From Acidimicrobiia bacterium (GTDB lineage: Bacteria; Actinomycetota; Acidimicrobiia; Acidimicrobiales; Bin134): 64,000 nucleotides of DNA. Position numbers and translations under genes: made by a program. The notes under the pieces were generated by a model. The model saw nothing but the letters and a program-made list of their open reading frames with translations. It was not told where the DNA came from and searched no databases. Below are positions 60,420 to 64,000 of the stretch, piece by piece. Each line of letters starts with the position of its first letter. The first letter of the stretch is position 1. The stretch covers positions 4,604-68,603 of the forward strand of contig JAJDYU010000016.1 in the NCBI GenBank assembly GCA_022825005.1. The letters run 5' to 3'.

Positions 60420-61598
60420 ATGCCTTCCCGACACCCGGTCATCTGCGGCATTGGCCTGAGCGACTATCCGGTGGTGCCGCACCTGAACTCGGTGCAGCAC
60501 CACGCGCTGGCCGCCCGCCGGGCCATTGCCGACTGCGGCATCGCCAAGTCGGCCATCGACGGATATGTGAGCACCAGCGGTGGCGGGCCAGGAGCGGGCG
60601 ACGATGCCGTGTCCATGGCCGAGTACCTGGGGGTGAACCACCGATACATCGATGGGACCATGGTCGGCGGCTCGTCGTTCGAGTTCCACGTGCAGCATGC
60701 CGCCGCCGCCATCCGGGAGGGGCTGTGCGACACCGTGCTGGTCACCTACGGCTCCGACCAGCTCACCCGCATGGGCCGGGTGCTGGGCACCGGGGGCTTT
60801 CAGCGCGACGCCCAGCCGGTGACCGGGGCCATGCAGATGGCCACACCCTACGGATTGCCCCTGGTGGGGGCCTATGCCCTGGCCGCCCGTCGCCATATGC
60901 ACGAGTTCGGCACCACATCGGAGCAATTGGCCGAGATCGCCGTGGGGATCCGGGAGTTCGCCGGGCTCAACCCCGATGCCCGCTACCGCGACCCCATCAC
61001 GGTGGACGACGTGGTGAACAGCCGCATGATCGCCGATCCGCTGCACAAGCTGGACTGCTGCGTGATCACCGACGGGGGCGGGGCGCTGGTGATGACCACC
61101 GAGGAGATAGCCCGCGATCTGCGCCAGCCTCTTATCTATGTGTTGGGCGCGGCGGGCACCCAGACCCACTGGAACATCCACCAAATGCCCGACTTCACCG
61201 AGATGGGGGCAGCGGTGTGCGGACCAGAGGCGTTCGCCCAAGCGGGAGTGACGCCGGCCGACATCGACACGGCTCAGCTCTACGACAGCTTCACCATCAC
61301 TGTGATGCTCATGCTGGAGGGATTGGGTTTCTGCGGTCGGGGAGAGGGTGGTGCCTTTGTGGAAGAGGGCCACCTGCGTCGAGGCGGTTCGATGCCCACC
61401 AACACCGACGGCGGGGGCTTGTCGTCCAACCATCCGGGAATGCGGGGCATCTTTTTGCTGATCGAAGCGGTGCGCCAGCTTCGGGGCGACGCCGGCGAGG
61501 CCCAGGTGCCCGACGCGGAGTTGGCCCTGGCCTGCGGCTCCGGCGGCTGGCTGTCGGCCATCGCCACCGTCATCTTGGGCAAGGACCGGCCTTCATGA
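60420..61598 (+). CDS. SCP-x/Ltp-type thiolase-fold protein
   Basis: 392 aa. The N-terminal VICGIGLSDY... and C-terminal NTDGGGLSSNHPGMRG...ALACGSGG are typical of lipid-transfer-protein-type thiolases. It starts directly after the CoA-transferase stop. Confidence 0.8.
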   Translation: MPSRHPVICGIGLSDYPVVPHLNSVQHHALAARRAIADCGIAKSAIDGYVSTSGGGPGAGDDAVSMAEYLGVNHRYIDGTMVGGSSFEFHVQHAAAAIREGLCDTVLVTYGSDQLTRMGRVLGTGGFQRDAQPVTGAMQMATPYGLPLVGAYALAARRHMHEFGTTSEQLAEIAVGIREFAGLNPDARYRDPITVDDVVNSRMIADPLHKLDCCVITDGGGALVMTTEEIARDLRQPLIYVLGAAGTQTHWNIHQMPDFTEMGAAVCGPEAFAQAGVTPADIDTAQLYDSFTITVMLMLEGLGFCGRGEGGAFVEEGHLRRGGSMPTNTDGGGLSSNHPGMRGIFLLIEAVRQLRGDAGEAQVPDAELALACGSGGWLSAIATVILGKDRPS

Positions 61599-62011
61599 GG
61601 GTCGTCAGAGATCTTGAATGGCAGGGACCGGTCCCCGCTGGCGAGGGGGAGTACGGAGATTTCTTCGCCGCCGCCGCCGAGGGCCGTTTGCTAATCCAGC
61701 AGTGCCCGGAATGCGGCCACCGCCAGCACTATCCCCGGGCAATATGCACTGCCTGCGGCGCTGAGCCCGAGTGGATGGAGGCCGCCGGCACCGGCACCGT
61801 CTACACCTACACCGTGGTCCGCCAATACGGTGTCCCCGCTTTCGCCGAACTGCCCTATGTGCTGGCCATGATCGACCTCCCAGAGGGAGTGAGAATGTTC
61901 GGCGGCCTCACCGGTATCGACCCCGAAGCCGTAGAGATCGGCATGCCCGTAGCGGCCTACGCCCGCACCTACGACGACACCCACGCCATGGTCTTCTGGG
62001 AGCCTGCCTAA
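61595..62011 (+). CDS. DUF35 Zn-ribbon/OB-fold protein (thiolase partner)
   Basis: 138 aa, with an ATGA overlap on the thiolase gene. Zn-ribbon CPECGHRQHYPRAICTACG followed by an OB-fold segment (GTVYTYTVV...). Confidence 0.8.
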   Translation: MRVVRDLEWQGPVPAGEGEYGDFFAAAAEGRLLIQQCPECGHRQHYPRAICTACGAEPEWMEAAGTGTVYTYTVVRQYGVPAFAELPYVLAMIDLPEGVRMFGGLTGIDPEAVEIGMPVAAYARTYDDTHAMVFWEPA

Positions 62012-62064
62012 CGCATCCCAAGTACGGTTCCTGATCCCCATTCGGCAGGGGCCATGATGGGGCC

Positions 62065-62865
62065 ATGCATGACGACATCATGGCTGCGTTTGATATTTCC
62101 GACCGGGTGGCGGTGGTCACGGGGGCGGCTTCGGGGATCGGCCGGGGGACGGCGGTCACGCTGGCCAAGGCCGGAGCCTCAGTGGTGCTGGGCGACGTTG
62201 ACGCCGATGGGATGGGAGAGACCGGCGGCGAGTTGGACGCGCTGGGGGCCTCGTGGTCGGCGGTGCCTACCGACGTGAGTGACAAGGCGGCGGTGGATGC
62301 TCTGGTAGCCGATGCGGTGAACCGGCATGGACGGCTGGATATCATGGTGAACAACGCCGGGATCATCACCGACAGCCTGATCGTGGATACCACCCCTGAG
62401 CAGCTCGACCGAGTGATGAACGTGAACATCAAGGGCGTCTACTGGGGCACCGCGGCGGCGGGGCGGGCCATGGCCGACCAGAAGTCCGGGTCGATCGTGA
62501 ACCTGTCGTCGGCTGGGGCCGATATGCCCGCCCCGATGATCTCGGTGTACGCCCTCACCAAGGCGGCGGTGAAGATGATCACCCGCACCGCGGCGGTGGA
62601 GATGGCTCCCATCCGGGTGAACGCGGTGGCCCCCGGCTCCATCGAAACCCCCATCTACGACCGCCATTTTCTAGACGACGACGGCAAAGTCGATCCCGAG
62701 CGCCAGCGGAACCACTTCGACACCATTGCCCAAATGAATCCCCTTGGCTATGTGGGCAACCCCAACGACATTGCCTACGCCATCCTGTACCTGTGCTCCG
62801 AGGCCGGGAGATTCGTGACCGGCCAGACTATGCGGCCCAACGGCGGCGTGGTAATGCCGCTGTGA
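62065..62865 (+). CDS. short-chain dehydrogenase/reductase
   Basis: VTGAASGIGRG, NNAG and YALTKAA. Confidence 0.85.
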   Translation: MHDDIMAAFDISDRVAVVTGAASGIGRGTAVTLAKAGASVVLGDVDADGMGETGGELDALGASWSAVPTDVSDKAAVDALVADAVNRHGRLDIMVNNAGIITDSLIVDTTPEQLDRVMNVNIKGVYWGTAAAGRAMADQKSGSIVNLSSAGADMPAPMISVYALTKAAVKMITRTAAVEMAPIRVNAVAPGSIETPIYDRHFLDDDGKVDPERQRNHFDTIAQMNPLGYVGNPNDIAYAILYLCSEAGRFVTGQTMRPNGGVVMPL

Positions 62866-62879
62866 TGCGGCCGTAGCCT

Positions 62880-63623
62880 GTGTCCATGAAGTTCAAGAGC
62901 ACCGTCTGCCGCGTAGTGGCGCTGGTTGCCGCTTCCCTACTGTTGGCTGCTGCCTGCGGAGGCAACGACGACGAAGCTGCACCGGTTCCGACCGAAGTCG
63001 AGACACCGATGGCAGCTGAGCAGCCGACGCCGTTGGAGACACCGATGGCAACTGAGCAGCCCACACCCGTCGTAACTGCCCCAGCTACCGAAGCTCCCAT
63101 CGCTGTCGAGGTTGCCCCGGTGCAGATAGCCGGACAACCACTCGGCCCGATTGGGGAATCACCTGATGCCGATCCTGCTTTTGGCCGACCGGTGCCCGGA
63201 CTTTCTGGCACTGCCATAGATGGTTCGCCGCTGGATTGGACACCAGGAGAGCGGCCAGCAGCCATCGTGTTCCTGGCTCACTGGTGCCCGGCTTGTCAGG
63301 CTGAGGTTGTCGAACTCACCGGCTGGCTGGCAGCAGGCAACAACCTGCCCGAAGGGGTGGATCTTCTCAGCGTGGTCACGCTGGTTGACTCCAACAGGGA
63401 CAACTACCCGCCCAGCCAATGGTTGGCCGACGAGGGTTGGCCATTCCCGGTTCTGGTGGACAGCGCCGACAATGAAATAGCGGCCGCCTATGGTCAGGCG
63501 GGCACCCCATTCTGGGTTTTCGTGTTTGGGGACGGAACGTTGGCCCTCAGAGGAAGCGGCCGGATTCCCCCTGAGGGATTGGCTGAGCTCTTCGACCAAC
63601 TGTTGGCTCCAGGCGAAGGGTAG
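62880..63623 (+). CDS. TlpA/ResA-like thiol-disulfide oxidoreductase lipoprotein
   Basis: Lipobox LLLAAAC|GGNDD, a repeat linker, then a thioredoxin fold with FLAHWCPACQAE. The start is GTG 62880 or ATG 62886. Confidence 0.8.
   Translation: MSMKFKSTVCRVVALVAASLLLAAACGGNDDEAAPVPTEVETPMAAEQPTPLETPMATEQPTPVVTAPATEAPIAVEVAPVQIAGQPLGPIGESPDADPAFGRPVPGLSGTAIDGSPLDWTPGERPAAIVFLAHWCPACQAEVVELTGWLAAGNNLPEGVDLLSVVTLVDSNRDNYPPSQWLADEGWPFPVLVDSADNEIAAAYGQAGTPFWVFVFGDGTLALRGSGRIPPEGLAELFDQLLAPGEG
63000..63071. repeat. in-frame 36-bp tandem repeat (2 copies) in the TlpA-like linker
   Basis: gagacaccgatggcagctgagcagccgacgccgttg is followed by gagacaccgatggcaactgagcagcccacacccgtc, encoding ETPMAAEQPTPL and ETPMATEQPTPV. 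Confidence 0.85.
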
Positions 63624-63634
63624 GGTTTTCGCCC

Positions 63635-64000
63635 GTGATTGGATATCTCGAAGGCAAGAACATCGTCGTAACCGGTGCGGGTAACGGCATCGGCCGAGCC
63701 ATCGCCATGGGCAGCGCTGCCGCTGGCGCCAACGTCGTGGTAGCCGACTACGGCGTATCGCTGGATGGGTCCGACCCGTCTTCGGAGGTGGCCGACTCAG
63801 TCGTCGCGGAGATCGAGGCGGCCGGCGGTACCGCTCTGGCACTGGCCTCTGACATCAGCACCATGGAGGGCGGCGCAGCCGCGGTTCAGGCCGCGGTGGA
63901 CACTTGGGGGTCCATCGACGGTGCGGTGTGCGTGGCTGGCATTCTACGAGAGCGGATGATCTTCAACATGACCGAAGAAGAATTCGACGATGTGATCCGG
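63635..64000 (+). CDS. SDR (MFE-2-like), N-terminal 122 codons; runs off the right window edge
   Basis: Absent from the track (no stop in window). GTG 63635 gives VIGYLEGKNIVVTGAGNGIGRAIAMGSAAAGANVVVADYG...CVAGILRERMIF. It resembles the SDR at 31711-32616. Confidence 0.7.
   Translation, partial: MIGYLEGKNIVVTGAGNGIGRAIAMGSAAAGANVVVADYGVSLDGSDPSSEVADSVVAEIEAAGGTALALASDISTMEGGAAAVQAAVDTWGSIDGAVCVAGILRERMIFNMTEEEFDDVIR

Noticed and set aside
60150-61433. 427-aa minus-strand ORF, and the + strand 428-aa ORF 60725-62011.
   Set aside because: The first is antisense to the thiolase gene. Of the second, only the last 138 codons (the DUF35 protein from ATG 61595) are credible.

Overview
This is a gene-dense, high-GC (about two-thirds G+C by eye) actinobacterial chromosome segment. 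I call about 68 CDS on both strands, and many adjacent genes have 1-4 nt start/stop overlaps. Lineage markers are a mycothiol S-conjugate amidase (mca), a WhiB-family regulator, NucS/EndoMS and an F420-type LLM oxidoreductase. I found no rRNA, tRNA, CRISPR array, transposase or integrase.

Most of the window encodes acyl-CoA and lipid metabolism:
- three cytochrome P450s, family-III CoA-transferases (one fused pair and one split pair), crotonases, acyl-CoA ligases, SDRs, and a thiolase with a DUF35 partner;
- a carnitine/gamma-butyrobetaine-like CoA cluster (carnitine-dehydrogenase::thioesterase, ACAD, ADP-forming CoA synthetase, CaiD-like hydratase);
- a PHA cluster (hbd, phasin candidate, phaC);
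- a PAPS-synthesis cluster (DASS permease, sat::cysC, two cysQ paralogues).

Two low-GC islets look accessory. The first (about 1.7-5.1 kb) holds a Cys-repeat lipoprotein, two back-to-back VapC toxin-antitoxin modules with visible operators, and a Calx-beta-like membrane protein. The second (about 10.5-12.4 kb) holds an orphan beta-class DNA methyltransferase divergent from a HigB/HigA pair, with a perfect 26-bp palindrome between them.

The best candidates for something undescribed are:
- the MTase-HigBA cassette;
- the tightly packed minus-strand operon at the window centre (VanW-like, GGR-type flavoprotein, MFE2-type SDR, acidic-tailed PAP2, SAM-methyltransferase::Mug glycosylase fusion);
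- the fused double CoA-transferase next to a P450;
- the MT-P450-MT cassette.

All family assignments come from reading motifs by eye in the supplied translations and in my own translation of unlisted frames. No BLAST, HMM, GC or folding computation was run. Start codons in this GC-rich DNA are uncertain by tens of nucleotides, and many long antisense ORFs in the track are rejected as GC artefacts.
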